From Chlorokybus atmophyticus (lineage: Eukaryota > Plantae > Mesostigma and Chlorokybus algae), in NCBI GenBank assembly GCA_009103225.1, contig RHPI01002438.1:633790-687542 (forward strand): a stretch of DNA of 53,753 bases, in the 5' to 3' direction. Positions 12,271-28,465 of this stretch are shown here, one piece after another. The stretch's first letter is position 1. Each line of letters opens with the position of its first letter. The notes below the pieces were generated by a model. That model was not told where the DNA came from. It made no database searches and worked only from the letters and a program-made list of their open reading frames with translations. The translations under genes and the position numbers were made by a program.

Positions 12271-13437
12271 CAGTGCAAGCAGAACTGTGCCATGCGCAAT
12301 CCAAGCAATGGAACCCTGGTTGCTGCCAGGAACGTTATGGCACAACAATTGGGACGTATGATAAATCACTAAAATCGAAGTACGCAACATGTAAGACACG
12401 TGCTACAAAAAAGAAACTAGTCGTGAGATACGTCAACACGCACAAGCCGTGACCTACTTCTTCCTGTCACTCGTCATGACTATATGTTGAAGCTCAGTTT
12501 AAGCAACAATGCTAGCCAATTGGACTCTGACATGGTGAGAGAACTCCTGCTCGTCCTAAGCTTGAGACAGTTTGACCATGTAGTACATGCTGAAGATCAG
12601 GCCACATGCAGCCAAGGCGCTCTGGACTGCTGCTCTACCAACCACAATGCACTGCATGCAGCTCTAACCCGTAATTGGCGAGCAACCGTTCAATTAGCAC
12701 GAATTCACGTTGCTTTGACAAAGGACGCACACAACTGCACAACACGGCCTCATGCAGATGACCACTGGCCAATGAAACAAGCATTGCTTGGCTGTTATAC
12801 ATTACGACGAAAGCCCACCTTCTGGGAGGCGTCGCCACCTGCAAGTTGACAAAACAACGGCACTGATAGGAGACTATGAGGCAGCCGTAGATCCATGGAG
12901 GTATGGATGTGCTCCCCTCTCTGACAGTGGTGTCCTCAGCAGCAACAGGGGACGCCGCTCCATGCGCTCCAGTGCTCATGAAAGGCCGGCACCCGCAGGC
13001 AGCATCCCCCTCAACCCGACTGACTCAAACGTATTCCTATTCTCGATCAGGCACCAACGACAGTTGCAGAGCAGAGGACACCAGCTCCGCCGCCCGCACA
13101 GGGTCCCACTGCCGCCCCCGTCCGCCACGGCGCCAACAACCTGACGCCACGGTCGTTAAGCCACTGAATGCACACGTGCGTTAGGGTCCATTTAATACCA
13201 TGTCAAGGCATTGAATGCTCTGTTGCAGCCTTAACGGGCAGCAGACAGGCACAAAGTTGCAGTAAGCCTTCAGCTTTGCCTCTCCTGTGCGGCGGCGTGG
13301 CGGGTGTGGAAAGGTGCTCCGCTACTTCTCCCCGTCTAGCTGTGCCATGAGCTAGCAGCGTGCAAGCTAGCTCATTACACCTTTTCATCTATGCCAAAAA
13401 GAACTCACGGGTATCTGGCAAATAATCCGGCGAGCTT

Positions 13438-15001
13438 ATGGCTGCAACAGTGGCACCTGCTGCTGTGTCCGCAGCAGCAACCCAAGGCTTGAGCGCAAAC
13501 GAGGCTGCTCAACGCTTGAAGAACGACGGACCCAACCTTCCATTCGGCAAGCATGTGCGTTGTGCATGCTGCATGCTGATGTGTGTGGACGGGCACTTGG
13601 CGCATGGCTTTCCACCAGATTGTATGCACGCATTCAATGCTTGTCAAAGTTTGCAATGGGTGTGTGCCCCAGCGCCCTTGCATTCCCTCAGAATTCTTGG
13701 CAGCCACTTTAGGTGCATGGGTTGCTGCAAGTATCTGCATGCTTGGAACAGGACCAGGGACAGCCAGTCTTTTGGCGAGTGTTTTGGGAAGAAGTTCGCG
13801 AGCCCATGATGCTACTTCTGCTGCTCATAGGGTTGCTCTACAGGTAAGTAGAGCTGTCTTTGTGAATGAACAGCAGGGTATCAAGCTGTAACACGATTGG
13901 TTTGTGTTAGTGTCTGGGGCGAATGGGTAGAAGGCGTGCTCTGCTGGACAGTGATTTTTGCGGTGGTATTTGCCGAAGTACACAACGAGTATCGAGCCAA
14001 GCGGTGAGCTACTTGCGACAGGCAGTTGAGAAGCCAGTTCGTGCACAACAATGATTGACGCCGGTAATGTGCACTTCCACAGTAATCCTGGGTTAGAGCA
14101 TGGTTGCACACCCTCAACCGCCACTGCGCACAGGGCAATGCACCTGCTCGGAACAGGCATCCCGCACATGACTCGAGTAAAGCGTGGCGGCTGCATCGTT
14201 GCTGTTCCCGCCCAGGACGTGGTTGCCGATGATGTCATACTCCTCGACATAGGACAGCGTGTACCAGCGGACGCACGGCTGGTAGATGTACGCACGATTT
14301 TATATGCAAAGTGACTCAGCTACTCATGTGTTTTGTCAGCATTGGTTAACAGATTTTGGTGCAGGCAGTTGGCTTGGAGGTAGATGAAAGTGTCCTGTCT
14401 GGTGAATCCACTCCAGTCCACAAGGCTGTTGAGGTAATGTGCACGCATAGGTTCATTAGCTCACTCGATTTGCTGACATGAGCAGAGCTGTGCTCATCTT
14501 CTCATTGTTCAACAGGAATCGAACACTGGTTCTTCTCAGACAGCATCAGACTCTTTGTTGGCTGGCGTTGTGTATGCGGGCTCTCTGGTGTGTGCCGGCA
14601 GTGGGTTGGCTGTCGTGTTTGCAGTGGGCGCTCAGACAAAAGTGGGCTCAGTCGTCACGCTCACGCGTAAGATCAAGAAGAAAAAAACCGCTTTGCAAAA
14701 TTTGCTGAAGAGGCTGGCACATGTACGTTGCCTCAACGGCTTTCTTGTTTGCAGCATTCATGTCAGCTGCACGCTCAGTGCATGTATCCATGCGGACACA
14801 CGATATTGTGCAGGTCTTTCTAATAGTATCCGCTGTAGCATCTGTTGCTGTGCCTGTTGCTGGATTCTTGCTGCACATCGAAACGGACTACAAGAAGTTG
14901 GTAATCATTGGTCTAAGGTACGGAATAGCTCATGGAAAACCAAGCATGTGTGCATCTATTGAGCTCGGAATACATACAGATCAACCTTTTGTAGTTGAGA
15001 C

Positions 15002-15098
<97 letters not shown>

Positions 15099-18000
15099 NC
15101 ATATAGCGTATATACAAGCGTATATACAACAAAATGCACCGCCCCTGTGCGGCGAATTTGATTGTATAGACGCGAAACATGCGCGATGAGCTGTTGATAG
15201 TTGATTCGCTCTCATTTGCTCCACATGGGTGCATGCCTTGAATGACCAACCAACTGTACGCACTCTTGTTGTGTTACACAGTCTTGCTTTTGCAACAGTG
15301 CCAGAAGAGCTTCCAATCCTGGTCAAGGCTATCCTTGCTATTGGCTCGCATAGAATGGCATCCAAGCAGGTGAGGGCAATTGTGCTTCATTGCATGCGCT
15401 CGTGCAGAGGGATGACCATTGACATGCTGCATGGCATCGTAGGTTCTCGTCAAGCACCTGCAGGCTGCTGAGCAACTGGCAGTGGTGTCAGCGCTGGTGA
15501 CGGACAAGACTGGTATGTCGCAGCAGCGTACGCCCTGCTATGCTGCATTCAGGTGGCAATGAATTTTGCCTTATATCTGTATCACAGGGACGCTCACTGC
15601 AAATTGCCTTCGTCTTTCCGCCATAGACACCACCAACTCGCACTTCACGCTTACAGCCAACGGTCACTCAAACATGTCATGTGGCTGTTGTCAAGTGCTC
15701 GCTGCGTGGTTGCGCACATCTGAGCATGAACCCAGCCAGATCCTGCAAGCAGTGTTGCATCAGGCTGCCAAATGTCTCCCAAACAGCGGCTCGCTGGCAT
15801 TACACCCGTATGATGCTGCCATCGTACAGGTGAGCATGAGCAGCATTCAGTTCTTGAGTGTCATGTTGACGAAGAATGCATTGCGAGATGACAATGATTG
15901 ACCAAGCCTTCATGTGCATGAAGGCTGCAGCTGCAAGCTCATCAGTAAGAGCTGCTCTTGAGCGCATGCTTGCACGCAGCCAACGCCTCCATCTGCACTC
16001 CACCTCCCCTTTTGACAGCCGCACCAAACTGTCAGTGAAGGTAAGTCCGTGACCATGTGTTGTGTGCATGATGCACTGTTAATATAACTTTTATTAACTG
16101 TGAGCCCCAAGCCAGCATGCGCATCTGCCGCATCATGATGCGATGTCGCAGTGGGCGTTCTCAAAAGCTCTGTGTTTTGAGTAGGTATTGGCCGACAATG
16201 AAGGACAGATGCCCTACCTGGCATACGGAAGAGGAGCACCGGAACGCCTCTGGCATGCGAGCACCAAATACCTTTCCTGGGATGGTGAAGTATTAGCCAT
16301 AAATGACCAAGTGACCGAAAAGGTCTGCAGTCCCAAACATCAGTAGCGTGCTGCTCGCTGGCATGCCATGAAAAAGCTGAGTTACCCTGCAACGCTGCAA
16401 TCCATGTGACAGGTATTGAGTGGCATCTCCAAGGCAGCTACATCTGGGCTTCATGTCATCGGTGTTGCGATGCAGGAGGTGAGCGCCAAATACTGTGTGA
16501 GCAACAGCTGACATGCAACTATGCGCTGAGTTGGCAGCTGGCAGTGCGTAGACGAACCGGACCCCACATCACTGCAGTCTGGATGGACGTATATTGGCAC
16601 CATGGCGTTTTATGACCCTGTCCGTGAAGACGCCAGGCAGGCCATTGCACAGGTAACAATGTCGTACTGCATATGCACATCTGCTAGAACTTGGAACATC
16701 CTCCGCATGTTCATTCTGTTAATTGATCGCTTATCTAACCTGGCGTCCCACAGTACCATGAAGCTGGCATTATAACATACATGGTAACTGGCGACCACCC
16801 TCGCACAGCACTGGCAGTAGCTCGGGAGGTTGGCATTCTAGATACGTTCCCTGGAGACTCAACTGATGTGAGGGACAGCAAGCTGGAATCTGTGTCGGCA
16901 TTACATGCGCACACCATTTGGTTACATGGCTATGTTGGCAGGTGCACGATGTTGAAGCACCACCTGAGTTCGCTGCTGTTGCCATGGATGCTGAAGACCT
17001 TGACGAAGACGCGTTGCGGCGAACACTGCAAACACACCGTGTGTTTGCACGAGTTAGCCCCCAGCTCAAGTTCCGCATTGTGCAAATACTACAGGTATCC
17101 CCTACCTCCAAGTCGACGTGCCTCAGCATCACGTGTTCACAAAAGTGATTCAAATGACTTGACAGGACATGGGGCACAGCGTGATGGTCACCGGTGATGG
17201 AGTGAATGATGCAGCTGCATTGAAGCAAGCGCAGGTCAGCGTGCACACCTGTTGCAGTGTCCATTGGCTGCTTTACAAAGTGTGTGGTTTGGCTAGCGCT
17301 TTGGGCATTGTGATGCTGCAGACTGATGTCTGGTGGACATACAGGTTGGTGTTGGGATGGGTACCGGTACTGACATTGCAAAAGAAGCCGCGGACATTGT
17401 TTTGCTGGATGACTCAGCAGGCAGCCTCTTGCTGGGTATCAGGGAAGGGCGTGGGCTTTTAGACAACCTCCAAAAGGTAGTTAATGTGGTATGGGCGTTG
17501 ATATGCTGTATGTACAGTTCTTGACACAACTGTTATGCGCAGGCGGTGGCATTCTATCTCGCTTGCAAGTGTGCGTTAATTGGCATATTTGCCTTCACAG
17601 CAGTTATCTTCCGTAAACTACCTTTCAGTCCAATCACAGTGATAGTGATGGAGCTCTTCATGGATCTTGGAGCGTCCACCACATTTCTGGCAGAGGTGCA
17701 GTTTGTGCAATTTATACAAGCAGTCACAGCATGCGCTCGCAAGCGACTGTAACCAGCAGTCATTGCTGGTTTGCAGTTGTTGCTCGCGAGCGCCTGCCAT
17801 TATGCTAATTGTTCCCTTTCACAGAAACCAAAGGCCGACGTGCTGCAAAGGGCACCATTGCCATCGTCAGTGCACATCTTCCGTAGCCATACATTTGCTC
17901 TGGTTGTGAGTGCTGGGGCGCTCGTGTTGATGGCTTCTGTCGTTGGGTGCTTGATGTATGGTCAGCACCTGGAACCCGCATCAAACCTGGTAGGTGTATG

Positions 18001-18398
18001 TTGCAACATGTGTGCAGATGTGCTGTTGTACTGACAGCTTTTACTCCATTCAGGCACCAAGCATGGCATTTGCTGCGTGGATGGTGGGCCATATCATGCT
18101 TGCAGTTGTCTTCACATCATCGTCAACGTCTGTTTTGTCATGGGTCACGCTAAGCAATCGGTTCTTACTAATATGGGCGGCATCCGGAGCAGTGGTCACT
18201 GCAGCCACGGTGTACACACCACTTGCAACCTACTTTGGGCTCGTCAGCTTTCCACTGCAACAGTGGGCTCTGATACTGAGCACAACAGTTCTGCCCGCCA
18301 TCTTGTGGGATGCAGTTAAGCGCATATGGTTGGCATGGAAGCAACCAAGGCAGCGCGAGTACTCAAAGCTCCCAGAGCAGGATGCAAATGACAGCTAG
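13438..18398 (+). CDS. P-type cation-transporting ATPase (P2-like), multi-exon
   Basis: Motifs appear in the correct order: GLSANEAAQRL, RVPADARL, DESVLSGES (14398-14409), M4 FATVPEELP (15301), DKTGTLT split by an intron (15503/15588), FYDPVR, MVTGDH, FARVSPQLK, MVTGDGVNDAAALK, GTDIAKEAADIVLLDD, M6 MELFMD, then hydrophobic C-terminal helices and a stop at 18398. Confidence 0.93.
15004..15099. repeat. About 95-nt poly-C run ending in an N, inside an ATPase intron
   Basis: Directly visible. The N suggests the length is unreliable (homopolymer or assembly artefact). Confidence 0.85.
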
Positions 18399-19200
18399 CA
18401 AAAGGGAAACCACCACTATTTAGGACCACAAAGAAGTGCACATGATATGTACACATGTACATGGTCTGTGCTGCTGACCCCACACTGTCATGCTAGTCCA
18501 CCCATGGGGGACGCCTCATCCAGACCTCATCTCAACACATACCCTCGCACGCACCCTCCAAAAGACAACTCCTGCGCAAGCCATCTGTATCCCCGGTTTG
18601 TCTGGCGCGCAGCACAGCATAAGTGACTGGGTGAGGTTGAGTAGTACATGTGTCCCATGCAACAATCGATTGGCAATGTGGCAGGTAATGCATGCTTGCA
18701 GACTAACAGGGTTGGGCAGTAGAGTAGTGAAGTAGGTAGTAGGCAGTGTATATAAGGGGTATGGTACGGTGGCAGCATGCATGTGGACAATGCAAATGGC
18801 ATGCATCAGCACAAGCATACACACGCTTTACACAGTGTGTACCTAGCCCTGTGGTTGTGATAGAGGTGAGTGCTGTTGTACTCCAGTGTCTGTGCATGTT
18901 GCATACATCACATGCATATTTTGTACAATACAATGTACATACAATGCAAAACGCCAATGTAAATGCGCCGCAAACCATGTTTGCAGCTCAATTGCTAATT
19001 GCAGCAGCATAGTGCTCAGTTCCCATCTTGCGGGTGGTCTAGCTGCGTAATGTCCTAATCCAGCGCGCAAGCATTGCTGTTCATCACCAATGCATGGAAC
19101 ATTATCAATGCATGCAATAAGGTCTGTCTAGCACTATGCCAAGGTGATGTCGGCAATGCACATGAATGGGTCCAACCAATGCTGCTCCTGGAGTAACACC

Positions 19201-23299
<4,099 letters not shown>

Positions 23300-23754
23300 T
23301 CCCGCCGCCTGGCCCCTTGGGCTATCGCACCGCAGAGGCGCAGTGCCCCTTACCGCCCAGCCCACCAACACAAGCGCATGCTGCAACTCCAATGAGCTGC
23401 CGTCTCCCTCCCTCCCGTCACTGACAGCAGCCTAGGGCACCAGAAGCAGATGTAGTCTGTGCACCGCCGCCAACGAAAATGCCAACACCACCAGCAACAA
23501 GGAGGCGGCGGCGGCGGCGGCGGCGTGTTTAGGGTTTGCAATGCGAGCTGCTGGCATCAAATTGGCGGGAAACGGCCTCAGACGGATATCACAGATATCA
23601 CTCTGGGGACGCGGCGTCGATATCAGCGGTAGATTAGGGTTTCAGCCGCCAGCAGCTAGCTAAACGTTAACCTCCGCGGCGGCGGCGGCGGCGGGGTTGC
23701 TGGCGACGCTGGGGAAGAGGTTGTTGAAGAGTGGTTGTTGTTGAGGTCGTCACC
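23300..23754. promoter_or_regulatory. Short divergent (probably bidirectional) promoter region between CTP synthase and eIF3c, with two telo-boxes
   Basis: The two ATGs are about 455 bp apart, head to head. TTTAGGGTTT at 23528-23537 and TTAGGGTTT at 23634-23642 (the reverse complement of AAACCCTAA). GATATC occurs three times in 23586-23624. Confidence 0.6.
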
Positions 23755-26700
23755 ATGTCTCGCTTCTGGACGCAGCACTCTGACAGCGACAGCGAGGAGA
23801 GCGATTCGGAGGAGTCCAGCTCCTCCTCCTCCTCGGGCTCCTCCTCCGGGGACGAGAAGCCCGCAAAGGCCGCCGCAGCCGTTTCGAAGTATAGGGTGGG
23901 TGAGGATGACTCCGATAGCGATGAGAGCGATGGCGCCCGTCGCGTCATCCGCTCGCACAAGGATAAACGCTACGAAGAGATGCAGGTGTGTATATCTCAC
24001 ATGCAGCACGCCTGTTCGAGCCTCGCGCATGCTTGGATGGGCTTCAGCATTGCGCTGAGTGCTCTGGTCATTATTGCATGTCAGAAGACAATTGCTTGCA
24101 AAACAACTGCTGAGTCGTATATTTACGGATGAGTTTTCTGCAATGCTTCAATGTCTCATCGACGTTGCATGTGTTGTGTACCGTGCCTGAATCACCTTGC
24201 ACAGCTCGCAATCACCTGGCAGTTTTGAATATTGCAAAGGGTATTGTTTTGTGATGGCATGTTTCTGCTCGCGCTAATGCTTTGCAAAACACAGGCCACA
24301 GTTGACCAAATCAAAAACGCCATCAAGATTAACGACTGGGTTAGCATTCAAAGCGGCTTTGAGAAGCTCAACAAGCAGCTTGAGAAGTCCGCTAGCCTCA
24401 TAGCAACCGATGGGGCACCGCGCTTCTATATCCGCACCATGGTGCAGCTGGAGGATTTCTTGGCGCAGACTTTGGTTAACAAGGACGCCAAGAAGAAGAT
24501 GAGTGGTGTCAACGTCAAGGCGCTCAACTACATGAAGCAGAAGCTCAAGAAAAACAACAAAGCGGTACGCTGGTTTTGCTGCATGTGTATCACAGAGAAG
24601 ACGTCCTTTTCTGTTTACGCACACATTGAAAAACTCATGCAAGCTGGTTTTGCAACATGGTGATCGCGTGGTATTCATGCAGTATGAGGATGCCATTGCA
24701 AAGTTCCGCGAGAACCCTGTGAGCACAGATGAGGAGGAAGAGGAGAGTGAGGACGAGGAGGAAAGCGAAGGGGAAGATTTGCGGGGATCAAGTGAGGAGG
24801 AGGAGGAAGGGCTTGATGGGGATGGTGAGCCGGAAGAAGGCGCCGAGGAAGGTTGGGAGAAGCAAGGGCGCAAGGGGCCGAAGAAGCCGCTTCTTGGGGA
24901 TCCCAGGGAAATCACTCCAGAGATGGTGGCCAAAAAGCTGCGTGAAGTCGTAGCCAACAGAGGCAAGAAGGGCACTGACCGTGCAGAGCAGGTAAGGCAT
25001 GACATGAAAAGGGCTATCAACTTCTCATGCAAGTATGGTTGGGTTGGTCGGCTGGTTTGCATCATGTGTGCACTTTTTAGTACTGGATGCATATGTGGTT
25101 GAGGTGTTGGGTCGTTGTTGATGTACATTGTTGTTTGCAGGTCGAGATCCTGAACTATTTGACCAGTGTTGCAAAGTCACCAGCGCAGCGTGTTCAGTGC
25201 ATGATGCAAGTGATCTCAGCTCAGTTTGATGTGCAACCGAGCATGGCCACCCACATGCCCATCCCAGTTTGGAAGAAGACTGCACAAAATGTCTTGAAAG
25301 TGCTGGACATGCTGGCCCAGCACACCTACATTGCTCTCGATGAGAGCATGGACCCACTGGAGATGCCAAACGACGCACCCGTTGATAATCAGGAGGTCAC
25401 AATTGATGGCCCAGTTCGAATATCAGGCAATGTGGTCGCATGCTTGGAAAGGCTCGATGATGAATGGTTCAAGTCCCTTCAGTGCATTGACCCTCATACC
25501 CGTGAGTATGTTGAGCGATTAAAGGATGAACCTCTGCTGCTGGCGTTGGCTCAGGTATGGAAGAACTCTTTCTGCTGGTTGCCTCCTGGCATGTTTCGTC
25601 ATCGGGCTCACTTTACCATGTTTACGCAGAACATTCAGTCATACTCAGCTGGGCTACATGACACGCGAGCTGCAGCCAAAACTGCTTTGCGGAGGGTTGA
25701 GCATCTGTACTACAAACATGAGTCTGTGTATCAGGCCATGCGCACATTGGCGGCTTCACAAGCTGCTGCTGAAACTCAACCCGCAGAAGTGGAAGGCGCT
25801 GGTGAGGAGCAACCCACGGTGGCTGCGGAGGATGCTTCTCAGGACGCTCCAATGCTTCCACGCTTAGCGAGCTTCCCTGAAGATGGGGCACAGCTCATGC
25901 GGGAACTCGCCGGTGTTATTTACCGCTACGGAGATGAGCGTACAAAGTCCAGGGCTGTGCTATGCGATATCTATCACCAGTCCATTCACGACAAGTTTCA
26001 CACTGCAAGAGATACGCTGCTGATGTCTCACCTCCAAGAGAACATCCAGCACATGGACATTTCCACGCAGATCCTGTTCAACCGCGCCATGGCTCAGCTC
26101 GGGCTGTGCGCTTTCAGGGCTGGATTGGTAACGGATGCCCACTCTTGCCTGGCAGAGCTTTACGGTGGTGGCCGTGTGAAGGAACTGCTGGCCCAGGGCG
26201 TAGCGCAGTCCAGGCATCATGAGAAGTCACCTGAGCAAGAAAAGCTGGAACGCAAGCGGCAGATGCCTTTCCACATGCACATCAACCTCGAAATGCTGGA
26301 GGCAGTTCATCTGATTTGCGCCATGCTGCTGGAGGTGCCCAACATTGCCGCCAACGCGTTCGACATCAGGCGGCGAGTCATTAGCAAGACTTTCCGCAGA
26401 CTGTTGGACAACTATGAGCGGCAAACATTCACCGGCCCACCTGAGAATGTGCGTGACCATGTTATGTCTTCCACTCGCCATCTCAACCGCGGGCAGTGGC
26501 AAGAGGCACACGAGGTGCTCGCCGCACTGACAATGTGGAGCCTGATGCCAAATAAGGATGGCATCCTGTCCATGCTGCAACGCAAGCTGCAAGAAGAAGC
26601 TCTCAGGACCTTCCTCTTCACATACGCACCGTACTACCAGTCCCTCAGCCTGGAGCAGCTCGTGACGATGTTCGAGCTGCCCGCGGGCACTGTGCATAGC

Positions 26701-27423
26701 ATCGTCAGCAAGATGATGGTCTCTGAGGAGCTTCGGGCGTCTCACGACCAACCCACGCACTGCATCATCATGCACGGGGCGGAAGCCACCCGCCTGCAAG
26801 GGCTGGCGGCGCAGTTTGCAGACAAGGCCACGCTGCTCATTGAGAGCAACGAGCGCGCCATGGACATCCGGCCTGGCGGACAAGGCGGTGATAGGGGCGA
26901 CCGCAATCGTGATAGGGGAGGAGACCGCGGCTTTGGGGGAGACAGGGGAGGAGACCGTTATGGTGACAGGGGAGACCGCCGGGACTTTGGCGGCGACAGG
27001 CGAGGTGGGTTTGACCGCGACAGAGAGGGTGGTGGCGGCCGTGGTGGTGGCAACTTTAACCGGGATAGGTCGCGGGGTGGCGGAGGTGGCGGCTATGGCG
27101 GAGGTGGCTATAGCGGCGGTGGCGGGTATGGAGGTGGTGGCTATGGTGGTGGTGGCGGCGGCTACGGTGGTGGCGGCTATGGCGGAGGTGGAGGCGGTTA
27201 TGGCGGCGGCGGCTACGGCGGGGGTGGTCGGGGAGGCTCAGGCGGCGGGTACCAAGGTGGTTATCAAGGTGGCTACCAGCGTGGTCAGCAGCATTCTCGC
27301 TACCAGGACGCGTATAGCAGCTACGCGCGCAATTCTGTTCAGGCCAGCAATGGACTCGCTTCGCGCCCGGCCAATGGTCCTTCTGATCGGTTGGTGAGTC
27401 TGGCTGGGCGTGGGAGGTATTGA
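23755..27423 (+). CDS. eIF3c: Eukaryotic translation initiation factor 3 subunit C, multi-exon, with a long C-terminal RGG/GGY low-complexity tail
   Basis: MSRFW start with an acidic Ser-rich N-terminus, RRVIRSHKDKRYEEM, KINDWVSIQSGFEKLNKQLEK, DEWFKSLQCIDPHTREYVERL, QILFNRAMAQLGLCAF, RQMPFHMHINLEMLE, ERQTFTGPPENVRDHV and a PCI domain (SIVSKMMVSEELRAS). Confidence 0.97.
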
Positions 27424-28465
27424 GGAGACTGGCTTCGCGGCTAATTAGGAAATGTCTACAGGTGAAGTCAGACTAAAAGTGGCAGTGATACAGGGTACAC
27501 ATGGTTGCTGTGTTTTCAACTAAGTTGTTGGCATGCGTCTGCCGTAGAGAACAATGCTTGTGTACAATTGTACAACGCCTTAATTTTGCCACATGATGGA
27601 AGCAGGCCGTCGCAGGCCGTTGCAGGCCGTGACTTACAGCGTGCTTGTTCATACGTGAGTGTATGGTATGTAGGGCTGGGCGACTATGTAAGCTCTAAGC
27701 TGTACGCACAGGAGGAGTACCAGCATCACGTCTGTTGTTCCAACATCGTAGTGTGCGCGCTGGATCCATAATTGAACAGTTTGTGACCATTTGCTTTGCA
27801 AGCATGCCACCCTGCTGAGTTGCTCACTGTAGATGCTGTTATTGCTTGCAAGTGTTCTTGTGTAGGTATACATATCCAAACAATTGTGTTCTGCGTTTGT
27901 GTACAGTAGTTGTTTGTTGATGATTGTGATGTATGCTGTGTCGTGTATCAGCAAACCCATGCTGGCGCAATATGTTCACGCACCGCGCAGACCACCTGAG
28001 CTGTGTTGTGTTACAATTTTGTGAGACAATGCATAGGTAGGGTTCATTAGCAGGTACATACAGCGTGAACTGAGTGCACTACACGCACTTTTACAAGTGA
28101 CATGCTTCCAAACAGCCTGGTCAAGGTGACCAAGTCATATAGCAGACGGGACCATGGAATACGGCAATTACTGATATGTACAAAGGTACAAGCGTTGCCA
28201 CTAATACAATCTACACATGTTAAAGAGCAAGGCATACACATGACCTAATATCGGGTAGGATATTGCAACCTCTGGCAACGTTGTGCCACAGTTGCCGCTT
28301 ACTTCAATTCATGAGGTACTAGAAGACAACTCCACAACATGTGCAGTATGTACAACGGTCGTCAGCAATCTGGTGCTCGCATTATGATGGCTTCAAGAAG
28401 AAATTGCGTTGCACTGAGCTACGCCTGCGAAACACACATCGGATGAAGCCAACCCCTGCGGATAA

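Noticed and set aside
14913-15365. Poly-Gly/poly-Pro ORFs
   Set aside because: Produced by the intronic poly-C run of uncertain length.
24274-26883. Long minus-strand ORFs (24274-25128, 26227-26883) overlapping eIF3c
   Set aside because: Antisense shadows of a GC3-rich coding sequence, with no recognisable motifs.
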